64,000 nucleotides of DNA, taken from positions 128,001 to 192,000 of the forward strand of contig JBGAGQ010000003.1 of assembly GCA_044226625.1 (NCBI GenBank), in the 5' to 3' direction. The notes under the pieces are model-generated. The model was given only the letters and a program-made list of their open reading frames with translations, was not told the DNA's origin and made no database searches. This DNA is from Thermoanaerobaculia bacterium. Its GTDB lineage: Bacteria; Acidobacteriota; Thermoanaerobaculia; Multivoradales; UBA5704. Positions 1 to 8,203 of this stretch are shown one piece after another; position 1 is the stretch's first letter; every line of letters starts with the position of its first letter. Made by a program: the position numbers and the translations under genes.

Positions 1-4
1 TGGT

Positions 5-287
5 CCGGACCAGAACACCACTGATCCGGATCAGAACACCAGTGATCTGGACCAGAACACCACTGATCCGGACCAGAACACCATCGATCCGGACCGGAAC
101 ACCAGTGATCCGGATCAGAACACCAATGATCTGGACCAGAACACCGGTGATCTGGACCGGAACACAAGGGGTCTGGACCGGATCACTGGTCATCTGGACC
201 ACACCACCAGTGATCTTGATCCGATCCCCCACGGACCTGGACCGGATCTCCCGTGAGCTCGACCACAACACCGGTGAGCTAGGCTAG
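5..287 (+). repeat. Tandem array of ~13 degenerate 21-nt units (consensus CYGGACCAGAACACCASTGAT); probably the 3' end of a heptad-repeat ORF entering from the left edge
   Basis: Units start at 5,26,47,68,89,110,131,152,173,194,215 (22 nt),237,258. Frame 2 reads PDQNTTD/PDQNTSD/LDQNTTD...; the last units (LDRISRE, LDHNTGE) are in frame 3 after an extra C in CCCCC at 226-230. Confidence 0.85.
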
Positions 288-288
288 G

Positions 289-615
289 CCAGCCGCCTCC
301 GCTTTCTGGGACGCGAACCTGAAGCACGCTCCCCGAGCGAAGCGCTGACTGGCGGAGGGCGGCTTCGCCCGGGTGCTCGGCGGGAACGGGCGGCTGGAGC
401 AGCGCCGGTGATCTCGGTGCCCCCCTCCTAACCTCCCTCCGCAAGAAGGAGAGGGACGTTTGGCGGCTGGCGGTGGAACGACGGAACGGAAGAGCGTTTC
501 CTCTCCCCGGCAAGAGGGGCGAGGGACGTTCGGGCGGCTGACTGCGCCTGCAATCGGAAAGCCGGAAGGGACGAGCGCCTCCTCCCCCGCTTGCGGGGGA
601 GGACCGAGGTGGGGG
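289..615. repeat. Cluster of REP-like palindromic elements
   Basis: Perfect hairpin CCTCCCCCGC-TT-GCGGGGGAGG at 581-602; related CCCTCC...GGAGAGGGAC (~421-457) and CCTCTCCCC...GAGGGAC (~500-527); CCAGCCGCC (289)/GGCGGCTGG (389) inverted pair. Confidence 0.55.
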
Positions 616-689
616 CGCCGCGGTCGCGATCTTCCCCCGCCCGGCTGGGTTACACTGTCGCGACTTTTTCAAGCCAAAGAGGAGGACGG

Positions 690-2690
690 ATGGACGCTCC
701 CGAATCGAAGTCCCTTCCGGAGAACGCCTATCAACCGCTCGCCCCGGGCGAGACCTACGCGCCGATGGTTCCGGCGAGCGCGGAGGTGCCGGAGGCGACG
801 CTCCGCTCGGTCGGTTGGGGTCTCGCGCTCTGCATCCTCTTCACGATCGCCTCGGCCTACTCGGGGCTCAAGGTCGGCCAGGTCATGGAGGCCTCGATCC
901 CCATCTCGATCCTGGCGATCGGCCTCGCGCGGGTCTACAAGCGGCGCTCGACCCTGCTCGAAAACGTCATCCTCTCGGGGATCGGCGGCACCTCCGGCGC
1001 GATGGTGGCCGGGGCCATCTTCACCCTCCCCGCGCTCTACATCCTGAATCTCGACCCCCATCCGGTGCAGACCACGTTCATCTGCCTCGCAGGAGGTGTC
1101 CTCGGCGTCCTGTTCCTGATCCCGCTCCGGCGGTATTTCGTGCGCGAGATGCACGGCAAGTTCCCTTACCCCGAGGCGACCGCGATCACCGAGGTCCTCG
1201 TGACCGGCGAAAAGGGGGGATCGCAGGCCGCCCTCCTCCTCCAGGCGACGGGGATCGCCGCGGTCTACGACTTCTTCATCACCACGTTCCAGATCTGGAA
1301 GGAGACGCTCGACTTCCAATTCGTCGGCATCGTCAAAACAGTCGGCGACAAAGCCCGGGCGGTCCTGCGGTTCGACGCGATCGCGTTCATCCTCGGCCTC
1401 GGCTACGTGATGGGGCTTCGCTCCTCGATGATCCTCTGCGCCGGGGGCGTGCTCTCGAACCTGGTCCTCGTGCCGCTGATCTGGATGGTCGGCCGCCACT
1501 TCCCCGACGTCGTCTATCCCGGCACCAAGGCGATCGCCGAGATGTCGGCGGGCGAGATCTTCCGTAGCTACGTCCGATTCGTCGGCGTCGGCGCGATCGC
1601 GACCGCAGGGATCATTGGCATCATCAAGTCGCTGCCGATCGTCATCGGCTCGTTCTCGATCGCGGCCAAGGCGTTCCGGAAAGGCGAGGACGCGAGCCAG
1701 GAGCGGACCGACCGCGACATCTCGGTCGGCATCATGCTCGCGGGCGTCGTGGTCTCGGCGCTGGCCGCCGGGATCTTCTTCCAGTCGCTCGGCGCTTCGT
1801 TGATCGTGGTCCTCGTCGGCCTCGGCCTGACCCTCCTCTTCTCGTTCTTCTTCGCCTCGGTCGCCGCCAATGCGATCGCGACCACGGCGCGCAACCCGGT
1901 CTCCGGCATGACGATGCTCACCATCATCGTCTCCTCGGTCGTGCTGCTCCGCTTCGGCCTCTCGGGCACCACCGGCATGTTCTTCGTGATGGCGATCGCG
2001 GGCGTCGTCTGTACCGCCCTCTCCGTCTCCGGCCAGACGATCACCGACCTGAAGACCGGCTACTGGCTCGGCTCGACCCCGGCCACGCAGCAGAAGGTGA
2101 AGTTCCTCGGCGTCTTCGTCTCGGCGATCGCGGTCGCCGCGACCATCATGCTGCTCGCCAAGGCGTTTCAGTTCGGCGAGGCGGTCCCGGGCGATCCGCG
2201 GCAGATGCTTCCCTCGCCTCAGGCCTCGATCATGAAGGCCCTGGTCGAAGGGTTCATGAGCCACCAGCCGGTCGCCTACATCCTGTTCGGCGCGGGCGCC
2301 ATGATCGCGATCGTGATGGAGATGCTCGGCGTGCCGGCGCTCACCTTCGCGCTCGGCATGTACCTGCCGCTCGAGCTAAACTCCCCCGCCCTCGTCGGCG
2401 GCTTCCTCGCCCACTTCATCGAGAGGCGCTCGCAGCGCGTCGGGGGCGAGAGGGGCCGGTCGATGCGCGAGCGGGGGGTGATCATCGCCTCCGGTTTGAT
2501 GGCGGGCGGCGCGCTCGGCGGGGTGTTCGGAGCGGCCTTCCGGCTGTTCCCCTGGTATTCGGAAGACAAGCTCCAGACTCCCTTCTACACCAACGAGGCC
2601 GTCTCGCAGACCGTCTCGGCGGTCTTCTTCATCGCGCTCTGCGTCTACGTCTGGGTGAGCGCGGTACGGGAGAAGCGGGCGGCCGGATAG
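690..2690 (+). CDS. OPT family oligopeptide transporter
   Basis: Highly hydrophobic ~666 aa; motifs YSGLKVG, YPEATA, NPVSGMT, DLKTGYWLGSTP, PQA; GGAGGA RBS at 681-686 before ATG 690. Confidence 0.92.
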   Translation: MDAPESKSLPENAYQPLAPGETYAPMVPASAEVPEATLRSVGWGLALCILFTIASAYSGLKVGQVMEASIPISILAIGLARVYKRRSTLLENVILSGIGGTSGAMVAGAIFTLPALYILNLDPHPVQTTFICLAGGVLGVLFLIPLRRYFVREMHGKFPYPEATAITEVLVTGEKGGSQAALLLQATGIAAVYDFFITTFQIWKETLDFQFVGIVKTVGDKARAVLRFDAIAFILGLGYVMGLRSSMILCAGGVLSNLVLVPLIWMVGRHFPDVVYPGTKAIAEMSAGEIFRSYVRFVGVGAIATAGIIGIIKSLPIVIGSFSIAAKAFRKGEDASQERTDRDISVGIMLAGVVVSALAAGIFFQSLGASLIVVLVGLGLTLLFSFFFASVAANAIATTARNPVSGMTMLTIIVSSVVLLRFGLSGTTGMFFVMAIAGVVCTALSVSGQTITDLKTGYWLGSTPATQQKVKFLGVFVSAIAVAATIMLLAKAFQFGEAVPGDPRQMLPSPQASIMKALVEGFMSHQPVAYILFGAGAMIAIVMEMLGVPALTFALGMYLPLELNSPALVGGFLAHFIERRSQRVGGERGRSMRERGVIIASGLMAGGALGGVFGAAFRLFPWYSEDKLQTPFYTNEAVSQTVSAVFFIALCVYVWVSAVREKRAAG

Positions 2691-2700
2691 GCGGAGGCTC

Positions 2701-2744
2701 CGTAGGACCCGCGGCGGCAGCTCCGCGCCGAAGCGGGTCCTACG
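2701..2744. terminator. GTAG-ended inverted repeat between convergent genes (REP-like or bidirectional terminator)
   Basis: CGTAGGACCCGC (2701-2712) ... GCGGGTCCTACG (2733-2744), a perfect 12-bp inverted repeat. Confidence 0.6.
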
Positions 2745-2757
2745 AGATCGATCACGT

Positions 2758-5685
2758 CTACTTGAAGCTGAACCGAACTCCGAGCCGGAGGATGCGCGCT
2801 CCCAGGACCTCCAGGACGTGGTCCGAGGTGTTGCGACCGAGCAGCGCCTGACGTTGCAGGACGGTCGCGCGGTTGAGCGCGTTGAAGCAGTCGAGGCTCC
2901 AGGTCGCCGAAAAGTCGCCGCGCCGAATCTCCTTCTGGATCCTCAAGTCGAGCACGTGGACGTCGGGGTATCGCGTCAGACGGGAGCTCGCCGGCAGATA
3001 GGTGAGACGGCTTTCGTCGAGCTCCGCGCGGGACTGCTGCACGGCGTAGCGGAGCGGATAGCCTTGGTGCCCCGTGGCCGAGGCCGCGAGGTCGAATCCC
3101 CAGAGCCGGCCAGGGGCGATCTGTACCAGCCCGGTCAAGGCGTACGACCAGCGACTGTTCAAGAAGACGTTCCCCTTCGCCCCTCCGGGAAAGTTCGAAC
3201 CGGAGAGCACCTGGCTCCCGTCGACGACGCCTCCCGTGATCGCGTCGGTCGGGTCTTCGTTCTCGGCCTCGGGGATGCGCCATCGCCAGTCCTGCACGCC
3301 GAGGTTCCCGCGCAGCATCCAGCGATGGCCGAGCCGCTTGTCGAAGGTGAGAAACGCGCCCCGGAACTCCTGCTCTCGATCGCCGTTCTCGAGCCGCGCG
3401 CCGCCGCGCGTCGAAACGCCGTCCCGCAGCGTCCAGTAAGGGGTCGTGAAGCTCTGGCCATTCGGCAGCATTCCCGAGACGACCCCTTGGAGGACGTAGT
3501 CGTCTCGCCGATGCGGTCGGCCGCGCCGATTCAGGTTCTCCGGCGAACGGGGATCCGGATCGTCGAACACCAGCAGCTCGCGCTCGAGAAGCTTCGACAG
3601 CCGCCGCCAGGTGACCCGGAGGCCGATCACCAGGTCGGGACGGAGCGCACGCTCGACGCCCAGCAACACCTCGTCGGTGATCGGCGCCTCGAGCTCCGGA
3701 TCGATCTGGTTCGACACCAGCGGTCCGAAGTTGAGGGGGTTGATCCCTCCGGTCGGCGGTCCAGCCGAATCGAGCAGCTCGTCGGGTTCGAACGTCTCCC
3801 CGCCGCCGTTGGTGGTGTAGAAGTAGAGGTACTGCGGGTTCGCGGCCGGACTGACGAAGGCCGCCGTGTCGGTCCCGAGCTGGTCGGCGTACCTCGAATA
3901 CGACGCGCGGACGAGGGTGGTGCGCTCCCTGCCGAGCGCCCAGGTGGCGCCGAGGCGCGGTACGACATTCGACCATTCGAAACCACCATCGCCGCCGGGA
4001 ACGGAGATCGCGGGAAGCAGCTCGGGAAACGCGGGATTCGCGCGCACTTCGATCGGCAGGTTGCGTCCGCCTTGCCGGTCGTAGCGGAGGCCGGCGTTGA
4101 CCGTGAAGCGGCCGAACGTCGCGGTGTCCGAGGCGAAGGCGTCGACGTACCGACCGCGATAGCGCACTTGGGCGTCGCGGGAGATCGCGGCGATCCCGCC
4201 GCAGCACTCCCAGCCGCCGCCCGGCGTCCGGCTGAGCGACGATTCGAGCGCGGTGCGGTAGCCGACGCCGAAACGCAGCTCGTGGGAGACGTCGCGCGTG
4301 TCGAGGTAGGCGCTCGCCGCGCCGCGGACCTGGCGCTGGGCGCGCTCGGCCCGGGTGAGGAAGAAGCTGTTGTGCCAGACCTGATCGTCGTCGAGGAACG
4401 GCACCTTGTCGCCCACGGCCGGGAGCAGCTGAAAGCCGCCGTTCACCCGCGAGGCGAGCACCGAGAGATGGAGACGCGAGCCGATCTGTTGGCCGTCCTC
4501 GACCTTCCAGGCGGTCGGCACGGGACCGAAGCGCGACTGGTTCCAATCGGTTTCCGGCGGCCGTTGCGGGCTCGCGCCGAATCCGTGACGCGACTTGTCG
4601 TCGTGCCAGAAGAAGAGGGTGGCCGAGTTGCCGTCCGCGAGCTTCGCGTCGAGCTTCAAGTTGCCGGCCGGTAGCTCGGTCGACTCGGAGAAATCGGCGA
4701 TCGTCCGACGCTCCACTTTCGGATCGCCGTAAGAGCCCCAGACCCAGAGGCGGTCGCGGACGAGCGGACCGCCCAGCTCGAGTCCGAGGTCGGTCAGGCG
4801 CTCGACCCGGTTGCCAGCGCGAAACGGGGCCTGCGCGTGGTTGCGGTTCCAGGGGCCCGCTTGGCCGAGGTCTTCGTCGTCGAAATCGAGCCCCGAGCGA
4901 AGCGTGGCGCCCGAGTAGTAGGCGCGCCCGCTGCCGCGCCAGACGTCCGTGCCGCGCCGGGTGACCAGATTCACCACCACGCCGCCCGAGGCGATCTCCG
5001 CGTCGTTGCCTCCGGTCGTTACCTGGATCTCCTCGAAGGCGTCGAAATCGAACTGCCCCGGAGAGCTGCCGAGCGCGGCCATGTCCGTGATCACCATGCC
5101 GTCGAGCGACCAGACCGTCTGCTCGCCCGGCGATCCGGGACCGACGAGGCGCGATTGCAGACCGGTCTCCGTGCCGCCGACGTTGATCCGATCGGTGAGC
5201 ACCCCCGGCGTCGTCCGGAGGATCGCCCACGGATCGCGCGAGGTGGGTACCGCGTCGAGCTCGGCGCGAGGCACCGACGTGCCGCTCGAGAACCGCCGCT
5301 CGTCGAGCGCCGGCGCCTCGGCCGTGACGGTCAACGTCTCCTGCTCGACGGGCGAGAGGGTCACGGAGAGATTGACGGTACGTCCGACCCGGATCTGGAG
5401 GTCGGGGACCGAGAACGGCGAGCGCCCGGGGTGAGTTACCTCCAGCCGATAGGCGCCCGGCGCGAGACCGAGAAAGCGGAAACGTCCCTCGGCGTCGGTG
5501 CCACGCGTTTCCGCTCCGCCACCGCCCGAGAGGGTCGCGACCGCACCGGCGAGCGGCGCGCCCGAGGGATCGACCACCGTGCCGTGGAGGTTGCCGTCCT
5601 GAAGTTGGGCGGCGAGCGGCGGGGCCGCCCACAGGGCGGCGGCGAAAGGCAGACAGAGTCCTAGCCGACGAAGTCGGAATCGCAT
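2758..5685 (-). CDS. TonB-dependent receptor with N-terminal carboxypeptidase-regulatory-like domain
   Basis: Signal peptide; GTVVDPSGAPLAGA repeat-domain start; plug motifs (RDPWAIL..PGV, GGVVVNLVTRRG); GLRYD; FNALN; C-terminal RLGVRFSF; AGGAGGG RBS. Confidence 0.9.
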   Translation of the reverse strand: MRFRLRRLGLCLPFAAALWAAPPLAAQLQDGNLHGTVVDPSGAPLAGAVATLSGGGGAETRGTDAEGRFRFLGLAPGAYRLEVTHPGRSPFSVPDLQIRVGRTVNLSVTLSPVEQETLTVTAEAPALDERRFSSGTSVPRAELDAVPTSRDPWAILRTTPGVLTDRINVGGTETGLQSRLVGPGSPGEQTVWSLDGMVITDMAALGSSPGQFDFDAFEEIQVTTGGNDAEIASGGVVVNLVTRRGTDVWRGSGRAYYSGATLRSGLDFDDEDLGQAGPWNRNHAQAPFRAGNRVERLTDLGLELGGPLVRDRLWVWGSYGDPKVERRTIADFSESTELPAGNLKLDAKLADGNSATLFFWHDDKSRHGFGASPQRPPETDWNQSRFGPVPTAWKVEDGQQIGSRLHLSVLASRVNGGFQLLPAVGDKVPFLDDDQVWHNSFFLTRAERAQRQVRGAASAYLDTRDVSHELRFGVGYRTALESSLSRTPGGGWECCGGIAAISRDAQVRYRGRYVDAFASDTATFGRFTVNAGLRYDRQGGRNLPIEVRANPAFPELLPAISVPGGDGGFEWSNVVPRLGATWALGRERTTLVRASYSRYADQLGTDTAAFVSPAANPQYLYFYTTNGGGETFEPDELLDSAGPPTGGINPLNFGPLVSNQIDPELEAPITDEVLLGVERALRPDLVIGLRVTWRRLSKLLERELLVFDDPDPRSPENLNRRGRPHRRDDYVLQGVVSGMLPNGQSFTTPYWTLRDGVSTRGGARLENGDREQEFRGAFLTFDKRLGHRWMLRGNLGVQDWRWRIPEAENEDPTDAITGGVVDGSQVLSGSNFPGGAKGNVFLNSRWSYALTGLVQIAPGRLWGFDLAASATGHQGYPLRYAVQQSRAELDESRLTYLPASSRLTRYPDVHVLDLRIQKEIRRGDFSATWSLDCFNALNRATVLQRQALLGRNTSDHVLEVLGARILRLGVRFSFK

Positions 5686-5691
5686 CGAACA

Positions 5692-5748
5692 GCCCTCCTG
5701 AGAGGTTGGAAGCTACGTCGGTTCGACGTTAGCCAACCGTTGGAGGGC
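5692..5748 (-). promoter_or_regulatory. Long 5'-UTR stem-loop that sequesters the Shine-Dalgarno of the TonB-dependent receptor
   Basis: Nested complementary pairs GCCCTCC/GGAGGGC, GGTTG/CAACC, GCTA/TAGC, CGTCG/CGACG around a 3-nt loop. Confidence 0.5.
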
Positions 5749-5832
5749 ATGCGATTGCTGTGACGCGAAATCGCACGAATCTGGGATCGCGGGCCGGTCC
5801 GCGAGGTCGGGGATCGAGGCCGCGTTCGGCTT

Positions 5833-6231
5833 TTAACGTCCGAACGCCTTCCAGATCGCCGCCGCTTTGAGGCCGATCACCGTCAACGCCATCACCGCGA
5901 GCACGCCGAGGTAAAGCAGCGTCAGGCGCGTGTCGCGGAGCAGGCAGCGGCTTCGCAGCAGCCCCGCGCGAAGCGCCTTGCCATAGGCCACGAGGCCGAG
6001 AATGGCGAAGAAGGCGAGCACTACGGGCGGGGAGAAGAGCCAGGCGAGCGCGGCGAGCGTCGCGTAGGTGCAGAGCCGGAACGGATCCTCGACCGCGGGG
6101 GTCGCGGAAGCGACGGGGGCGACGGGAGGTTGCGCCACGCGGAGAGCCTGCTCCTCCCGCGCTTTGCGCGCCGCGGCGAGGGCGGGCGGTTCGTTCTCGT
6201 TCGAGTTTCCCTCGGGATTGTTCGAGCTCAT
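5833..6231 (-). CDS. Small membrane protein (132 aa, ~3 TM) of the Lgt-like/radical SAM operon
   Basis: ATG overlaps the radical SAM stop (ATGA); hydrophobic C-terminal half with DPFRLCTYAT and RSRCLLRD motifs. Confidence 0.75.
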   Translation of the reverse strand: MSSNNPEGNSNENEPPALAAARKAREEQALRVAQPPVAPVASATPAVEDPFRLCTYATLAALAWLFSPPVVLAFFAILGLVAYGKALRAGLLRSRCLLRDTRLTLLYLGVLAVMALTVIGLKAAAIWKAFGR

Positions 6232-7796
6232 GGGGCCACTCCCTTCGCCATCGCGCCGACTCGCTCGGCGAGCTTGGTCCGGGCGAGAGGATCCCAGGCC
6301 TGGATCGCGCAGAACGGCACGCATTGGTGCGCCCCTTCCTGATCCGTCGCGCCGACGTGGACGCAGCACTGGATCAGTCGCTCTTCGATCATCGTGTTCA
6401 TGTCCATGAACGGCTTGATCGTGATCCGCTTGATCCGCTCTCCCACCAACCGTCGGAACGCCTCGCCGCGACCGAGGAGCGCCTCGCCGGCGAGCCGGGA
6501 GAGCGTCGAGAGCCCGAGGTCGCACGCGGTACAGACGTCGCGGAAGAGCGCGCCGATCCCCTCCTGCGCGAGCGAGCTCGATTCGGAAAACAGGCCGAGG
6601 AACGCCTGCTTCACGAGCTTCCGGAGCTCGGCCGACAGCTCCGGATCGATGATCCGGTTCGCGACCAGCCCGAGGTGGGAACGGAGCGCGTCCACGCCGA
6701 CGATCGAGGTGAGCGAGCGCCACTCCCCCGAATCGGAGCGCAGCAGATAACCGATGCTGCAGCAGTGCGGATGGCTGCATGGCAGCGCGGTGAGGTCGCG
6801 CCACGAGACCAGCCCGCCGGTCTGCGGCCCCAGGCGCGCGAGCGTGCCGGTGTGGGTGAGGCGGTCGAGCGGGTCGATCGCGGTCGAGCGGCCGCTGCCG
6901 AACTGCGGCTGGATCGAAACGCCGCCGACGAACGGCGTGTCGATCGCCACGCGGAGCACTTCGCCGATCTCGTCGTCATTGATTCCGAGCGTCGCGGTCA
7001 TGGTCAAGGTCGTGAAGACCCCCGCCTTGGACAGTCGCTCGATCGCGCGCGATTTCACCTTCCCCAGGTCGGCGCCCCGATGGTAGCGATGGGTCTCGGC
7101 CCGAAGGCCGTCGAATTGCAGATAGACCTCGATGCGCTGGCGGTGCTTTTCGAGGAACGCGACGAGCGCGTCGTCCTGCGCAATCGCGATGCCGTTGGTG
7201 TTGAGCAGGATCCGGCCGATCGGCCGGGAGGTCAGCCCCGCGAGCAGCCGGAGCAGCTCCGGGTGGAGCGTCGGCTCGCCCCCGGAGAGCATTACGACGT
7301 CGAGCCGGCCTTCCTCGCGCGCCAGCCGGACGTCGACATTCCGCAGCACCTCGTCGACCGGCACCACGCCGCGAAGCTGCGGCGAGCTCGAGGCGAAGCA
7401 GTTCGGGCAACACAGGTTGCAGGAGAGCTCGACGTCTTCGAGGAGGATGCAGGTGTGCTGCGTCTGCAGCTCCGGCAGGCCGCGAAGATAGGCCGCCGGG
7501 ATCGGATCGAAATTGCCCGGCCGGTCGGGGACGTGGCGCTTCGTCGGCGCCGTCCACTCCTCCAGCCAGCGCAGGATCTCGGCCGACTCGTCGTAAAGCG
7601 TTCGGACCAGCCCATGGTCCGGGCAGCCGCGCACCAGGTAGACGCGCCCCCCCTCTTCCTCCGCGAGATACCCCGCGAGCCGCCGGACCTCGGCGAGCGG
7701 CCGGTCGGGGCGCTCGGCGTGGCAGTGCGGGCAGAACGCCGTCACGTACCGGTGCAGGCGGTCGCCTCGAAGGGGCATGCCGGCGGATGCGCTCAA
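6228..7796 (-). CDS. Radical SAM protein, tetraether synthase (Tes/GDGT-MAS/MJ0619)-like family
   Basis: CNLCCPNC (CxxxCxxC), SGGEPT, LNTNG, YLQFDG; N-terminal CPHC...CPDHG rubredoxin-type motif; C-terminal HPHC, CCVH, PFCA. Start is TTG 7796 (TTGA overlap) or ATG 7778. Confidence 0.85.
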   Translation of the reverse strand: MSASAGMPLRGDRLHRYVTAFCPHCHAERPDRPLAEVRRLAGYLAEEEGGRVYLVRGCPDHGLVRTLYDESAEILRWLEEWTAPTKRHVPDRPGNFDPIPAAYLRGLPELQTQHTCILLEDVELSCNLCCPNCFASSSPQLRGVVPVDEVLRNVDVRLAREEGRLDVVMLSGGEPTLHPELLRLLAGLTSRPIGRILLNTNGIAIAQDDALVAFLEKHRQRIEVYLQFDGLRAETHRYHRGADLGKVKSRAIERLSKAGVFTTLTMTATLGINDDEIGEVLRVAIDTPFVGGVSIQPQFGSGRSTAIDPLDRLTHTGTLARLGPQTGGLVSWRDLTALPCSHPHCCSIGYLLRSDSGEWRSLTSIVGVDALRSHLGLVANRIIDPELSAELRKLVKQAFLGLFSESSSLAQEGIGALFRDVCTACDLGLSTLSRLAGEALLGRGEAFRRLVGERIKRITIKPFMDMNTMIEERLIQCCVHVGATDQEGAHQCVPFCAIQAWDPLARTKLAERVGAMAKGVAP

Positions 7797-8203
7797 TGGA
7801 ACCCCGAGTTCCCCATCGCGAAGATGCATACTCCCGCCGCCACGGCGACCTCGAGGGCGAGGAGCGCCACCGAAAAGAGAGCGCTGAACATCAACAGCCG
7901 GCCGGGGAAGGAGATCTTGCGGGCGATCAGGATCAACCCGAGCACGAACGCGAACGGCACGAGACCCGCGGCGAGGGCGAGGAAGGCGCTCATCGCCTGC
8001 GATTGGTTACGAAAGACGAACACCCCGACGACGATCGTGAGGTGATGCAGGAACGCGAAGAGCAGAGCCCACGGCCAGGCGCGGCGTTCGGGTAGCGCCG
8101 GAAGAATGCCGGGCGGATGCGGGGCCGGCGGGGCAACGACAGCAGGTTGCGGAGGGGCGGGCGGAATCGCCGATCCGTCGGGGGGCACGTCGCCGGTCGT
8201 CAT
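7793..8203 (-). CDS. Small membrane protein (136 aa, Pro-rich N-terminus, 3 TM, C-terminal GxC)
   Basis: ATGA overlap with the upstream Lgt-like gene; three hydrophobic segments, the last ending AAGVCIF. Confidence 0.75.
   Translation of the reverse strand: MTTGDVPPDGSAIPPAPPQPAVVAPPAPHPPGILPALPERRAWPWALLFAFLHHLTIVVGVFVFRNQSQAMSAFLALAAGLVPFAFVLGLILIARKISFPGRLLMFSALFSVALLALEVAVAAGVCIFAMGNSGFH

Noticed and set aside
1-287. CRISPR array
   Set aside because: Units are contiguous 21-mers with no unique spacers, and there are no cas genes.
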